Assembly: GCF_036321535.1 (NCBI RefSeq)
Contig: NC_087436.1
Coordinates: forward strand, 110,238,001-110,302,000
DNA: 64,000 bases
From: Camelus dromedarius
Lineage: Eukaryota
Reading direction: 5' to 3'
The notes under the pieces were generated by a model. It was not told the origin of the DNA. It saw nothing but the letters and a program-made list of their open reading frames with translations, and searched no databases. Positions 1 to 13,707 of the stretch are shown in pieces (position 1 is the first letter of the stretch; every line of letters starts with the position of its first letter). The position numbers and the translations under genes were made by a program.

Positions 1-2913
1 AGGATTTTCTAGGCTCATGTTAAAGAGAATTTTAATTAAACTAGTTTTGATATTCTATTGCTTTTGATTGAAGAGAAATATATTCCCACTGGTTTAGTTG
101 TTTCTTTGCTAAAACAGGAATCTCCTAACTATATTGACTATAAACTCTGTCAATAAAGAAAAATTGAGCATGCACTCCTAATATATGTGTACTTATTAAT
201 AAAGTCTATATATAAATTGACTATTCTAATATATGCATCATTAAGGATGAGGTAAAGGTAGAAGTGGAAAGTAATAGCAGAGAAAACAAAGCAAACATAG
301 AGGCTTTTCTTCCCCTACCCCAGTGCACATCTTACTAACCAAGTTTGCTCAAGCTCTGGACACTCCTTCACTCTGGAGAGCCTCTTAAGTGACAACTATG
401 ACTCCACACTCAATCTAATGGCCCTTCTAGGCACAGTATTATTTCACCCCCATATACATTTTAACAGTCAGGCTCTTAAGAGAGAACAGGGCCATCAAAA
501 TTAGGATTTTCTGAAAGATCAGAAGTTGTTAAACAAATAATTTGCAATGCTAAGCTGTTGCTACATGTAGTCAGCACTCCCTTCATGGTAACTCTGAAGA
601 ACAGTTCTCATCTCCATTTTAAAAAACAATCCACTGAGCATTTACACAGAATGTTTTAGGAACTGGTTTCTGATGATCTTTCTCAGAAAATCCAGGTTTC
701 CTGAACCCTATTTGGACATTCACTCTCATAATACCAGGCTTCCTATCTAGCAACTTTTCTACAGAAGAAATTTATGGAATACACTAGTATTTCACCACGG
801 AAGGGTCTCTCTGGGAAAGATATGTCATGGTCCCTAAGAGAAATGATTTGCTCAGAGGCTTAAACTGAATGTCTGATGTATGTTGGCCTCATGGCTTCTG
901 CTTTTCCTGCGGGGACTGAGAGATTCCAGCATTTCTCACAGGAATGTGAGTCACTCTGAGACAGGACTGCAATTATCATCACGTTTTCCCCAGCACCTGA
1001 CACAGTGGCTAGCAATATGGATTTCTAACAAAAGGGCCAAGTAAATAAATGTTTACTCAACTGAAACACAAACTGGTGTCTCTTCAAGGCAGTGGGAAAC
1101 TTGGAAACCAGAATTCAGGAATTATCTCAAAATTTTAAAAACATACAAAATTTTAAAATATACCATGATCTTTAAAGAGCATGAAAACTACCTCAAAATA
1201 TCCCCTGTAGTTATCTGCAACAAAGGGAAAGAATTCTTGGCCAGTAAGTCCACCTCGTTCACAGCTTTCACCAGTTAATAAGGTACAGTTCAATTCCATT
1301 TCGCCTCCAACTCTTCTCATTAAGCCTGGCTCAAATTCAAGCCCCTGAGCCCCTCCCAGTGTCCCTGAATGGTCCCGATGTTTCACTTCACTAAAGAAGA
1401 GATTAATTTGTAGAAAGGCTTCAGCACATTCCTGGGTTGCTCAAGTGCACTTCTTTTCATAGAATAGGCTTTTGATTTTGCGCTTTAAATCAAAGGCAGA
1501 GAGCAAAAATTCCAAGTATGTATGGGCTTCCGACCTTTAAAAAAACAGGATTGTTCGGATGGAATTTGACACAGAAACATTCTAGCCTACTACCCTTGTT
1601 CGTTTGATTCTTCCTCAAGATATCCCCTTTCTTCTTTCTACTAAATATCAGCATTTCAATCAAGTTGGTATTTGGCAAGGCATTAAAGATAAGTGAAGAG
1701 TTTGTTATTTGTAATTTATTCATATTGACATTTTAGGGTTTCATTTCATTGGAAAAGATGGTGGCTCTGGTTATGAAACCTGCTTGGCAGAACATATGTT
1801 AATGCTCTATTTCCTCTGTGTAGTGGGAGACAATGTGTTTACTTGGACACTGACTCAGGCACTATTATCAAAAACTATGGCATTTGGAAAAGTCATTTTT
1901 GAATTTTAGTAAAAATTTCTGAGTCATAGATTTATGAATTAGATAGAAACAGAAAACACTAAATATTTATAACAGTGCCTTTGAAAGATTGCTTTCAATC
2001 ATCCTTGAATCTTCTTTATTCCATCATTTCTATTTTTTGAAATTATTGATGTAGTTTTACTCAAAACCTATTAAAAACAAAATACGGCCCAGTCACAAGA
2101 AAGATTCTATCCCATGTGGAACAGAGATGCTGCTTTGATCTTGTTTAGAATGTCTGTTAAATAAAACACTAGGTCACACTGCTTCCTTGGTTTCATTCTA
2201 CACACACACACACACACACTTTGATGAAAAATTTAAGAAAGAAAAACAGTTTTAATAGGTTCTACAGTCAATGCAATGATTTCTCTAGTTACAAAATTAT
2301 TCTATCCCTCAATCTTCATCAGGTCGTTTTAGAGGAGAAAAGGGATACCATGTTGTGTACGGCTTCTAATTGATCAGAATGCATTTAACTCATAAATTGC
2401 AATTGAGAAACATTTGTCCTTTTCAAATGCTTCCAGTCTTTCTTATTTTTAGATCATTTGATCATATGAAAAGAAGTGCTCTGAATAACTAAAAGTGGGT
2501 GTCATTGATGGTTGTAACAGACATTTTATCACTGGGATGGGATCCAGTACCTTGAGTTGGATTGAATCCCATAAATTTAATTTGCAGCATCACTGATGAG
2601 TTAGCCATGGGCACTATATCCTTTACTATAATCCTGAAACCATGGTATCCGATCCTTAACTTGGTGGTATTCACAAAGTATATATGGGACACCCAAAATG
2701 TCAATCAACTGCTTCCCTAATATTATCTTGCATTCAACAGTTTCTTTTTACATGCACAAGAGCATAGGACAAGCAGGGTTTCATACCTTCTTCAGTCTCT
2801 TAGACCTCTGAGTTAGTTAAGTTTCCCTCAAGATGAAAGAAAAACAGATTCCTGGAACCTAGATATGCCTGGAAAAGGACTTGACCCTGCCGAACTCAAA
2901 GTAGGGTAGCCAA

Positions 2914-5089
2914 CCAACCAAGAAGAGCCCAGGGTTAGGCAATTTTCACTGCGGAATTCTACCAAACATTTAAAGAAGAATTAATCACAATCCTGCTCAA
3001 ACACTTCCCCAAAAATAGAAGAGATGGTAGACTCCCAAAATCATTTTATGAGGCCAGCATTACCTGAATACTAAAGCCCAATAAGGGCACTACAAGAAAA
3101 GAAAACTACAGACCAACATTCTTGATGAATATAGCTGCAAAAATTCTTAACAAAGTATTAGCAAACTGTATTCAACAACACATTAAAAGTTTCATAAACC
3201 ATGATGAGGTGGGATTTATCCCTGGAATGCAAAGATGATCAACACACACACAAAATGTTATACATCACATTAATAGGAAGAAAATTCATGTGATCATCTC
3301 AACAGATGTAGAGAAGCCATTTGACAAAATATAATATCCTTTATGATTAAAAATACTCAACAAATTGGATGTAGAATATACGTCAACATAATAAAGGGCA
3401 CACATGATAAGCCCACAGGCAGCATCACTCTCAACAGTGAGAGATTGAAAGAGTTTCCTGTAAGATTAGAAACAAGACAAAAGTGCCCACTCTCACCACA
3501 CCTATTCAACACAATATTAGAAGGCACAGCCAGAGCAATCAATATAAAGAAATAAAAAACATCCAAATAGGAGAAGAAGAAGTAAAATTGTCTTTGCTTG
3601 CAGATTCTATGGTTTTATGTATAGAAACTCCTAAAGACTCCATCAAAAAACTTTTAGAAGCAATTCAATAAAGTTGTAGAATACAAAACCAACATACAGA
3701 AAACAACTGTTTTTCTATACACTAAGACATCTGAAAAAGAAATTTTTAAAAATTGCATTCTTGATAGCATCAAAAACAATAAAATACCTGGGAATAAATT
3801 TAACCAAGGAGATGAAAGCTTTGTACACTGAAAACCACAAGATTTTAATGAAAGAAATTATTGAAGACACAAGTGCATGGAAAGGTAGCTTATGTTTATG
3901 AATCAAAAGAATTCATATTGTTAAAATGTCCATACTACTGAAAGTCATCTATACAGTCAATGCAATCCCTATCAAAATCCCAATGACATTTTCACAGAAT
4001 TAGAAAACACAATCCTAAAATTCATATGGATCCACAAAAGATCCAGAATAGCCAAAGCAATCTTGTGAAAGAAGAACAAAGCTAGAGGCAGCACACTTCC
4101 TGGTTTCAATCTATCCCAGAAAGATAAAGTAATCAAAAGAGTATGGTACTTGCAAAAAATAAATACATATTCCAGTGGAACAAAATCAAGAGCCCAGAAA
4201 TAAACCCTCAAATATAAGGTCAATTAATATTTGACAAGAAAGCCAAGAATATGCAATAGGGAAAGATAGTCTCTTTAATCAAGGTGTTGGTAAAACTGGA
4301 TAACCATATGTGGAAGAATGAAATCAGAGCCCCTACTTACACCATTCACAAAAATTAACACAAAATGGGTTACAGATGTAAATATAAGAGCTGAAACAAT
4401 AAAACTCCTAGAAAAAAACTTAGGGAAAAAGCTAATTTTACAACAAAAGCAAAAATTAATAAATGGAACTACAGCAAACTAAAAAACTTCTGCAGAGCAA
4501 AAGAAACAGTCAACAAAAAGAAAAATCAATCTATGGAAAGGAGAAAATACTTGTAAATCACATATCTGATAAGGGATTAATATCCAATATATATAAAGAA
4601 CTCATGCAACTTAATAGAAATTAAACAAACAATTCATTTGTAAAATCTGCAGAGGAACTAGATAGGTATTTTCCTAAAGAAGACACATACAAATGGCTGA
4701 CAAGTACATGAAAATATGCTTAACAACACTTATCATAAGGAAAATGTATATCAAAACTACCATGAGATATCACCTTAGAATGACTATCATCAGAAAAACA
4801 AGAGATAACAAATCGTGGATAAGAATGTGAAGAAAAGGGCACTCTTTTGCACTGTTACTGGGAATGCAAATTGGTGCATCCACTGTGGAAAACAGCATGG
4901 AGGTTGTTCAAAACATTAAAATTAGAACTGCCATGTGATCCAACAATTCTACTTCTGGGTATATATCCAAAGGGAATTAAAAAAGGGCCTCAAAAATATA
5001 TCTGCATTCCCATATTGATTGCCACATCGTTTACAATAACCTAATTACAGAAACAACTTTTGTCCATCAACATACAACTAAAGGTGATG

Positions 5090-5128
<39 letters not shown>

Positions 5129-5629
5129 CAAGGGAATATTATTCAACCATGAGAAAGAAGGAGATCCTGCAGTTCACAATAAAATTGATGAAACTTGAGG
5201 ACATTATGCTAAGTGAAGTAAGTCAGACAGAGAAAGACAAATAGTGTATAATATATGTTATATGTGCAATCTAAATTTTTTAAAAAGCCCAACTTATAAA
5301 AACAGAGAGTAGAATGGTAGTTACCAGGGGCTGGAGTATGAGAGAAATGGGATATTGCTCAAAAGGTACAAACTTCCAGCTGCAAGATAAGTTCTGAGGA
5401 TCTAATGTGCAGCATGGTGATTATAGCTAAGGATACTGCCTTCTATATTAAAAGTTGCTAAGAGAGTAAGTATTTTAATATTTTAATCACAAAAAAGAAA
5501 TGGTAATTTTATGATGTAATAGAGGTGGTAATCATTTTGCAATATATGTGTATCAAATCAACATGGTGCACAGTTTAAACTTACACAATGTTGTATGTCA
5601 ATTATATCTCAATAAAGCTGAAAAAAAAA
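2914..5629 (+). mobile_element. 5'-truncated LINE-1 (L1MA-type): decayed ORF2 RT/C-terminal region plus 3' UTR
   Basis: Starts in ORF2 (AAGAGCCCAGG...GAATTCTACCAAACATTTAAAGAAGAA, the [13 protein letters not shown] region). ORF-track fragments 3343-3671 and 4847-5044 are L1 ORF2-like. Ends TATGTCAATTATATCTCAATAAAGCTG plus an A-run at 5621-5629. Many stops and frameshifts. Confidence 0.95.
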
Positions 5630-6369
5630 GACAATGACAATATATGTCTGCGAAACTAAAGATTTAACATTTGAATTTTCTAGGGGGTGGATAAAATGTA
5701 ATAAAACAAAAGAAAAAAGTTTCTGAAATATATGCTGTGGGATTATAATAATTAAAACCTTTATCATCAAAACAAAATCAAAAGTAGGGTGACCAAGATC
5801 TGACAGCGAAGCGGCCACAGTGATGCATTTAGTGCAGCACACAACATGCTTTAGACTGTCCCCTTTAGCGTCTGTACTCTAACATAAAGGTGACTTCACA
5901 CGTAAAGGTGACTTCACATGGTGCTGCTTCTGAGTCTCTGCCTTTATCCAAAAGGAGATAGGAAAGACGAATCTGTTACAGACAAATTTATTCTTAGGAG
6001 AAAAAAAAATGAACCAAGACTTTGGGGGAGCCAAATATTTAGAAGGAGGTATAAGGTTTTAAAAACCCTTTTCCATGAATAGCTTCTTTCCTTTTTGCAA
6101 TGCGTCTCTTTCAGAGTTGCTGCAGCAAGACAGGCCTGGAACTGACTTCCCTTTAGAGGGACCCATTTCCAGCCAGAAACTAGTGTGAAGCCCAGAGCAA
6201 AGAAGATCCGGAATAGAGTGCATAGAAGAGCTGCTATCTTTCCGTAGAATAATTTGTGGTTCTTTTCATGAAAAGACTGCAAGGGCAATCAGGGTAAAGA
6301 CCTGGCAAAAGAGGTCACAGTGGCTCATCCACCTGCTCTTATTCTTGACTTTGTGGACACAAATTGCAA

Positions 6370-6590
6370 TAATTAACACTTATATTTGATGTAGCATTTA
6401 CTAGGTACCAGGCACTTTCTAAATGTTTTACATACATTAACTCACTTAACCCTTTCATTGGCCCTATGGAGCTCATTGTACAGATGAGAGGATGGTTCAC
6501 TCACCCAAGATCACATCACACACTTTGTAAATGGTGAGATGGTGTTCAAACCCTGGCATCTGACTTCAGGAGTACACTCAACCATCACAT
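6370..6590 (-). mobile_element. MIR SINE (ancient)
   Basis: AGCATTTACTAGGTACCAGGCACT...TACAGATGAG...CCCAAGATCACA...TTCAAACCCTGGCATCTGACT resembles the MIR reverse strand. Confidence 0.75.
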
Positions 6591-7954
6591 CATGTTATTG
6601 AACATAAAAAAGCCCTCTGTACTCACATAAATTTAAACTCATTGGCTAGGAAGTTCCTCAAGGCCAAATAGTAATAATAACAAATAGATTTGCTTTGTAT
6701 ATGTACACTTGAGGGCTCATAGAAAGATAGCTACAATCATGATAAAACACATCAGCTGTATATGGAGCTCTCAATCCATAAGACAAATGTCTTTCTTGCC
6801 ATGATGCCCCTGCATTTCAAGGATTGAGTCCTTGAAGTGTCAAAAATAGTCAAGACATATTGTCCTCAATGGTTATCCCAAAGTCCTGAAAGGTCACTAA
6901 ATTCCTCTTAATCCCACTCTACAACGTCTCTTGGCTCAGCACTCTGCTAATGAATGATATTTATATAAATGCTAGATTCCACTTAGCTATGCCTTTATTT
7001 TAGTCTGATGTTTAAATAGGTATTCAACACTAACTCTGTAAAATTTATACTCTGTATTACTGTTGAGCTACATTCCTGTTGATAAAGCTATCCTCAAAAA
7101 GTTAGATTTGCTTAGGGTTCCTGGGCTGGAGAAATAGTGTAATATTTGAGAAGCTCTCTGCTTCTCAATTTTAGAAATTAGGCTTAACTGAGAGTCGTAG
7201 AAAGACTCATACCCCATCCGTCTATAGATTATAAGCACAGATTTCGGAGAACAAGAACAAGGTCTCAAGAAACACATAATCACTACCGTTAAACCACACT
7301 GCCCCCTGGCATGCACGAAAAGGAATAAAATCACCCATCAAGGAGAACTATTTGCATGGAAAACAAGGTGTTCATGTGGAAACAAATCAATTATTGGTGA
7401 ATATACACCCAGACATTTCTAAACAATGTCCAGCCATGATTAATTTTACTTTGAGAAAGTCAACAAAGAAATATGGTCCATTCAAAATCTCCAGTCCTGC
7501 TGAGAGCCTGGAATGTTGCCAGAGGTTTAGCTGCTATTCACAAACCCTGGCAACCTGAGTCTGGAACTCTATACTTTTAGATTACCAGAAAATGTTACCA
7601 GGATATCATTCCTCTAGTCCCAGTAGCCACTCTGCTTCTTTTGGTGAAATAGAAACCAGTGAGAATATTTCCCCCACAGCTCTGTTCACCATAGGAGCTT
7701 GCGGTGTGCCGATCAAACTCATCCAGGCACGACAAGGACCTAATTCAGTAATCAAACTGAAAAGGAAGTAGAACCCAGGGTCAAGGTATAGTATACACAG
7801 AAGCTAAGATAGTGGATTTTGTTGTCAAACTCAAATCCTGGTTCCACATTTTCCTATGTTTTAATCTTGGGAAAGTGACTTACCCCCTTTCTCTGACTAG
7901 ATTTGCTAATGGGTGAAGTAGGGATAATTTCAGCAGCAGCTGACTCAGAGAATC

Positions 7955-8145
7955 ATCAGCAGAGCTACTCAGCCTTTGTCTATTAGGCTTGTAGCACCGA
8001 GTGAGCTTGCTGAAAATGCAAATTTGGGGATCCTGCCCCAGGACTCTGAATCTGAACTAGCGGATGGGAGGTGTTAGCTGTGAATCTGCATTTTAGCAGC
8101 TCACCGGGAAACTCTTACACACACTAATGTTCAATAACCACTGAT
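7955..8145. mobile_element. MER5-like hAT-Charlie MITE
   Basis: GAGCTTGCTGAAAATGCAAATT...CTGAATCTGAAC...TGAATCTGCATTTTAGCAGCTC...AACCACTG. Confidence 0.7.
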
Positions 8146-10439
8146 TAAAACATTAAATAAAACAAGAAGCCCTTATTAAGACCCCTGGAACACAATACGA
8201 TCTCAGCATATGCTAACTGTTATTTTTATTAGAATGAAGCTTTGACTTTTTGATCAATGATTCAGGAGCTCAGGTGGCTCCAAGTGAACTGCTAGTAAAG
8301 ACACCAGCAAGTTGCAGACTAATAGGAAGGGGGTCATAGCTCTGCCTCTTCCTTTCACTTTTTAAGATCTCCATTGCATTTTTAAGATTTTTTTTTTTTT
8401 ATTCCCTGTGGTGATAATCCATTCTAAGCCACAACCATCCTCTACCTCCTTAGGTACCACCATTACATTTCCGTAATGGAAAACACGACTGATTTGTAAG
8501 GTTTAAGTCCATGCTTATATGGCAGTGTGAGTCACCTGAACACTGGGAGTGGTGGAAGAGACAAGCATCCCTGAATAACGGTGTTTTGGAAGGAGCAGAG
8601 CTGCTAATCAATCTGTCTTGGCACCAGGAAACTGAATGCCAAGAATTTTTGAGAATTGCTACAGGCACTGTGTTTAACTTGACAAGGATGACTGGTGGCC
8701 ACTCCCACTGTTACCTCCATTGTAGCCTGAATTAGGTAATCTGTGCTGTTCACCTCCCAGAGCTAGAGAAGAAGGAAGATCTTTCCTCCAGCTTACTGCT
8801 GGACACCATGAGGAACCCACAAGAGGGCTCTGGGCAATCACACACCCCCACGACTACATTAACCCAGAAAAGTATATCCCGGGACAAGTATGAGCTTTAA
8901 CATTGAGCCTACAACATCATGGTGTTTGACTCTTAGAAAAACAAAATTCTTGAATTTAGGGTTTCAGATGAACAAATTTTTATTGAATGCATAAGGTCCT
9001 TGGCATAAATCAAATCTGGTCCCCAAACAAAAAGTAACTTACCCAGTAACCAGGAGGGAGGGGTCCTGAGTTTAAAACATCTCCAGAAAAGGGGCTCTAC
9101 ACTAATATACAGGTGCTCGTTATTTTAGAATTAGCTGAGAAAATGTCCTTGTATACTGTCTGCACATACAATCCTGCCTAAAGCAGGCTCTTTTCTTCTA
9201 ATTACCTGTATTAGATGATGAAACTTTATCACTACTGTAGAATCCCCTTTATCAAACCTGACCAGAAAAGACAATTGATCAATTAATTGTAAAGGTTGAT
9301 GCAGCAGGGAAACATAACATTTAAAACTTAAAACATACAAAGACGACATGCCAATGTCCATCTTTGCATTTCCTTTATCTTTCTTACATAAATTTCACCC
9401 CTAATGCATCTTACACAATTACCAGTTCCAGGTTCTTTAAACTGAAGCAAGGGTTTAGAACGACTCATGAAATACATCAGTCCTTTGTATTTGCCTTAGA
9501 CTTTTAATTGTTCTCCTTATCTAAATTGTCTCACCTACACCTAATTCCACGGTATTTTAAGGAATTCTCTTTATTGACTCTTTACACATAGTTTTCTTAC
9601 AAAAACTCCTTTCACATTTTTTATTTAACAAATTTATGCAATATTAAGTAAAATTCCATCAGTATAAAGACAAGGAATATTGACACAATCACCCTGGGAA
9701 GCATAGAAAGCTGGCTCTGGATAAAAATACCACTCAGCAAATCAGAGAACTAATATGCTAACAAACTGAAAAAGGAGACTTGAGACCCTGAGACTGAAAG
9801 TGTGTCCATGTCAATATGTTTTACCCCATGAAGCAGGAGCTTTGTCTGCCTGGTGAATCTATTATGCAGCACTTGATTAAGAGGGCTTGTTTCAAAGTGT
9901 TCTGCTATGGAATTATACGGTGGCATATTGCTCATCATGCGTGCCCGTCTCCTATCACCAAGCAGAATGGTGTCTTGTAACGAGAGGAGGAAAATGTCTG
10001 GGATCTAGTGTAAAAATCCTATAATACATTACTAGAAACTAGTGATTTATGAGTAAAGTTTATTTGAAGAGTAATTTATGAACCCTGTTGGAAAGGCTAA
10101 CTACTGGCTAAGTGACAGCAGAGGCTAAAACTCAGATTTCGTGTAGACCTCAGACAGGATGCAAAGCAGGTATCTCCACTGATTTCCCCACCCTATCCTT
10201 CTGACATGATGTCTAATCAGTCCCCCGGATGAATAACTGACACATTGTACATATGTCTGTACAGGGGCCAGTACTTAATTAAATCAAGAAATTATAAATG
10301 ATGCTCTAGAGTATGATCTGTAAGGATTGCTCCACATGAATATTTTATCTGGAGTTAAGAGCCACATTTACAGAACGTCTGAGAGAATAAAAGACATTGT
10401 AAAGCCCTGGGCATATAAATGGTGATAAAAATGTCAATC

Positions 10440-10845
10440 ATCTTCATGTTCTCTTCTTTTCCTAAAATAGTTCCTCTCTGTAAAGACTGGGTAGCAAAAT
10501 GGTTAGGTCCTAGTGTATGCAAACTTTCAGCTCCACTGGTTAATGATAAGTTGTTTTCCAAAATAGTTGTACTATTCTCTGGCCACCATGAATCAGAGTT
10601 TCTATTCTGCCACCAGTATTTAATGTTGTCAGATTTTTTTAATGTCAATCTGATAGGTAAAATGGTATCTCATTATGGTATTACTTGCATTTTCCATATT
10701 ACTATTGAAAATGAAAATCTTGCCATATATTTAACAGTCAGTTATGTTTCTTCTTTTGTGAAAAGTTTATGTCTCTTATTCATTTTTCTATTTGAATTTT
10801 TTGTATTTCACTTTCTTCATTTTTACATGTTCTTTATCTTCTGAA
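10440..10845 (-). mobile_element. Ancient L1 (L1ME-like) fragment
   Basis: AATCTGATAGGTAAAATGGTATCTCATTATGGTATTACTTGCATTTTCC matches antisense of the L1 ORF2 3' end. This explains the 141-aa ORF at 10419. Confidence 0.75.
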
Positions 10846-11289
10846 CTTTCATACTACCCTGGGAGATGGATATGATTTATTTCCTTTACAGATGGGAATT
10901 TGAGGAGTAAGAAACTAAGAGACATGTGCAAGGTTACAGAGATAGCAAATGACAGAGGGCAAGCCAAACCCAGCTCTGTTTTACTTCAAAGCTCAGGTAG
11001 CTTCCAGTAAACAAACTTCTTTATTTTAGCTGGTGCTTTGTTAATTTCTGTACCACAAGCTCCCCCTAGATTCTCTGCAAAGAACAACCTCAGTGTGAGT
11101 CACATTGCAGTAAGAAATAGAGAATGGAAACGACCATAGGAAGGTAGAATACCCTGGAAATGGCTGTGGAATAAGCAAGGTGCAAAATTAACATAGTGGA
11201 GAATATTTGGGAGATCTTTCTTCTCATTGGTGTCAGGCCATCATTACTACTATCATAAATTACAATAATAATGGTACTAAAATGACAAA

Positions 11290-11545
11290 AATACTGAACG
11301 TTATTCATTGAGCACTTAAGGTGCACAAAACTCTGCACCAGGCACGTTAGACTCATCAGTTTAAGTTAATCATTACGTTAACCCCTAAGTTAGAGAATTG
11401 ACTCAGTTCTGTTGCATAAAGGTGGAAACCCAGCTGTAAAGGAGTTAGAGAAAGTCTCCCAGGGCCACACAATAAGGAAGTAGTAGATCATGGGTAATTT
11501 TTTTTTTTTAATCTGGAGAAGGCACTTCTGATAGTCATGCTAATA
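11290..11545 (-). mobile_element. Degraded MIR SINE
   Basis: ATTCATTGAGCACTTA...CCAGGCAC...GGAAACCCAG...CCCAGGGCCACACA is MIR reverse-strand-like. Confidence 0.6.
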
Positions 11546-12121
11546 TGTCATGTATCACTAATTAAAATACCTTATTATATAGATCATGACTCTTTGCCCT
11601 ATGCACATATGTTTACCTTTCTCTAGCTGTAACATTACCTAGCAGATAAATAATCCTACACTGAGAGCTTAAAAGCCCTCTGATACTCATATATCAAGCC
11701 CAGTTTAGGTTAATTTTCCAAAGAATTATTATTGACATATGTACAGTGTTAATAAAAAGTGCACAATTTGATCTCTTTTGGAGCAAATCCATGGCCTCAG
11801 TGTTCCAGGAGTCCATGAGAAAAAAATATTTTAACTGACAGCAGAGGTAAGATCTACATCAGCCTTCTGCTAGAATTGCTCTGCTCCAGAATTAGAGCCT
11901 TTTTTTTTTCTTTCCAAACTCGGGGAAATATCCATGAAGTTTATAGAAAACCCCCGTAATATTCAGGTGCTCTTCAGAGAGGGTCTCAGTGCTAATCCGA
12001 CTTACCTGAGGCACATTGTATTGTCATCTATGAAGTATCACCTTAGATACAGAAAGCAACACTCAACCCCTGGCTAGCATTCTTGCAAATATATCATTTA
12101 CTGTCCTGAAATGTCTTTTTT

Positions 12122-12430
12122 TTTTAATTTTTTTTATTGAGTTATAGTCATTTTAAAATGTGTCAAATTCCAGTGTAGAACCCAATTTTTCAGTTATACA
12201 TGAACATACATATATTCATTGTCACAATTTTTTTCACTGTGAGCTGTACCACAATATCTTGTATATATTTCCCTGTGCTATACAGTATAATTTTGTTTAT
12301 CTATTCTACATATGTCTGTCAGTATCTACAAATTTTGAACTCCTAGTCTGTCCCTTCCCACCCCCCGCCCCTTTGGCAATCACAAATTTGTATTCTATGT
12401 CAATAAGTCTGTTTCTGTTTTGTATTTATG

Positions 12431-12483
<53 letters not shown>

Positions 12484-12676
12484 TAGATTCTACATATGGG
12501 CGATCTCATATGGTATTTTTCTTTCTCTTTCTGGCTTACTTCACTTAGAATGACATTCTCCAGGGACATCATGTTTCTGCAAATGGTGTTATGTTGTCAT
12601 TTTTTATGGCTGAATAGTATTCCACTGTATAAATATACCACATCTTCTTTATCCAGTCATCTGTTGATGGACATTT
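12122..12676 (-). mobile_element. Young camelid-type L1 3' end with internal (TG)n and perfect TSD
   Basis: T-rich tail then TTTATTGAGTTATAGTCATTTT...ATCCAGTCATCTGTTGATGGACATTT. TSD CTGAAATGTCTTTTTT at 12106-12121 and 12677-12692. (TG)n at about 12434-12480. Confidence 0.92.
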
Positions 12677-13707
12677 CTGAAATGTCTTTTTTATGTTTCA
12701 TTTTTTTATTGAATATAGCTCATGATGTAATGATGTGATAACCAAATGTTTATAATTATGTAGTTAGTTTGAAGACTTTTTACTGACACCATCTTAAACT
12801 ATGTGGGAAAGAATGCTTTCAAACAGCCTAGAATAGATAGTGACCAGAAAAGACACCAGCACACAGTAGGTGCTCAGTCAATATTAGTTGAGTATTGAAT
12901 AGGTGGCTAATCCATAAAGGGGTTTAATGCCATTGTTACCCAGAACATTTCTCCTGATGATTTCTCAGAGCTGTAATTCAGACTGAGGTTAATCTAGTTA
13001 TAGTTTCAGAAATATTCATTGAAAATAAATTTTCTATAATAAGGTAAAAATCTGATTCACTTTACTTATATATTAAAAGCATTATTTTTTTTAGCACTCA
13101 TACCTCAAAAAATAAACAACACCATTTTTGAATACATTACTTGGTTTAACCTTCCCAACACTATTTGTACTATTTCACAAATGAGGAAATTGGAGAAGCT
13201 GAAAGGTACATTGCAAGCATTAATGAGTCGGTGAGCCAGAATTCACTCCTGGGTCTCCTTGACTTGAAAGCTTATGTTCTCTCTTCATTGGAACAGATTG
13301 CTATCTTAATGCTGTCTCTTCTTTTGGGCAAATACAACTAAAATCAGGATGGAATCCAAAGAGAGAAAAGAACAAAGTCTATATGATGACATATTTGAAT
13401 CAGATATTTCCTATACATAACCTCATTTGAACATCAACAAATGATAAGAAAATCATTATATCAGCTACTCTTTATAGATGAGGAAACTGAATCTCAAAAA
13501 ATGTAAGTAATTTTCCTAAGGATAGGATCAGAATTTAAGACCACATCTAATAATTCGAAGTTTTCTTTAGACCATGAGAAGTCTCAATTCAAGGAGGAAA
13601 ACAGCATTTAATGTATGCATATTTAAATTAGAAATTTTATATATTTCAAAACCACGTGAGACATTATTATATTTAATCAGTTTGTACTGATCAAGAAACT
13701 GAGTCTC

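Noticed and set aside
3343..5044. ORFs with RT/ORF2-like peptides
   Set aside because: Fragments of a dead, 5'-truncated L1, not host genes.
12000..12045. Perfect minus-strand donor CAG|GTAAGT with a possible 36-nt exon
   Set aside because: All three frames contain stops and the acceptor (AAG) is weak. It cannot be supported without RNA data.
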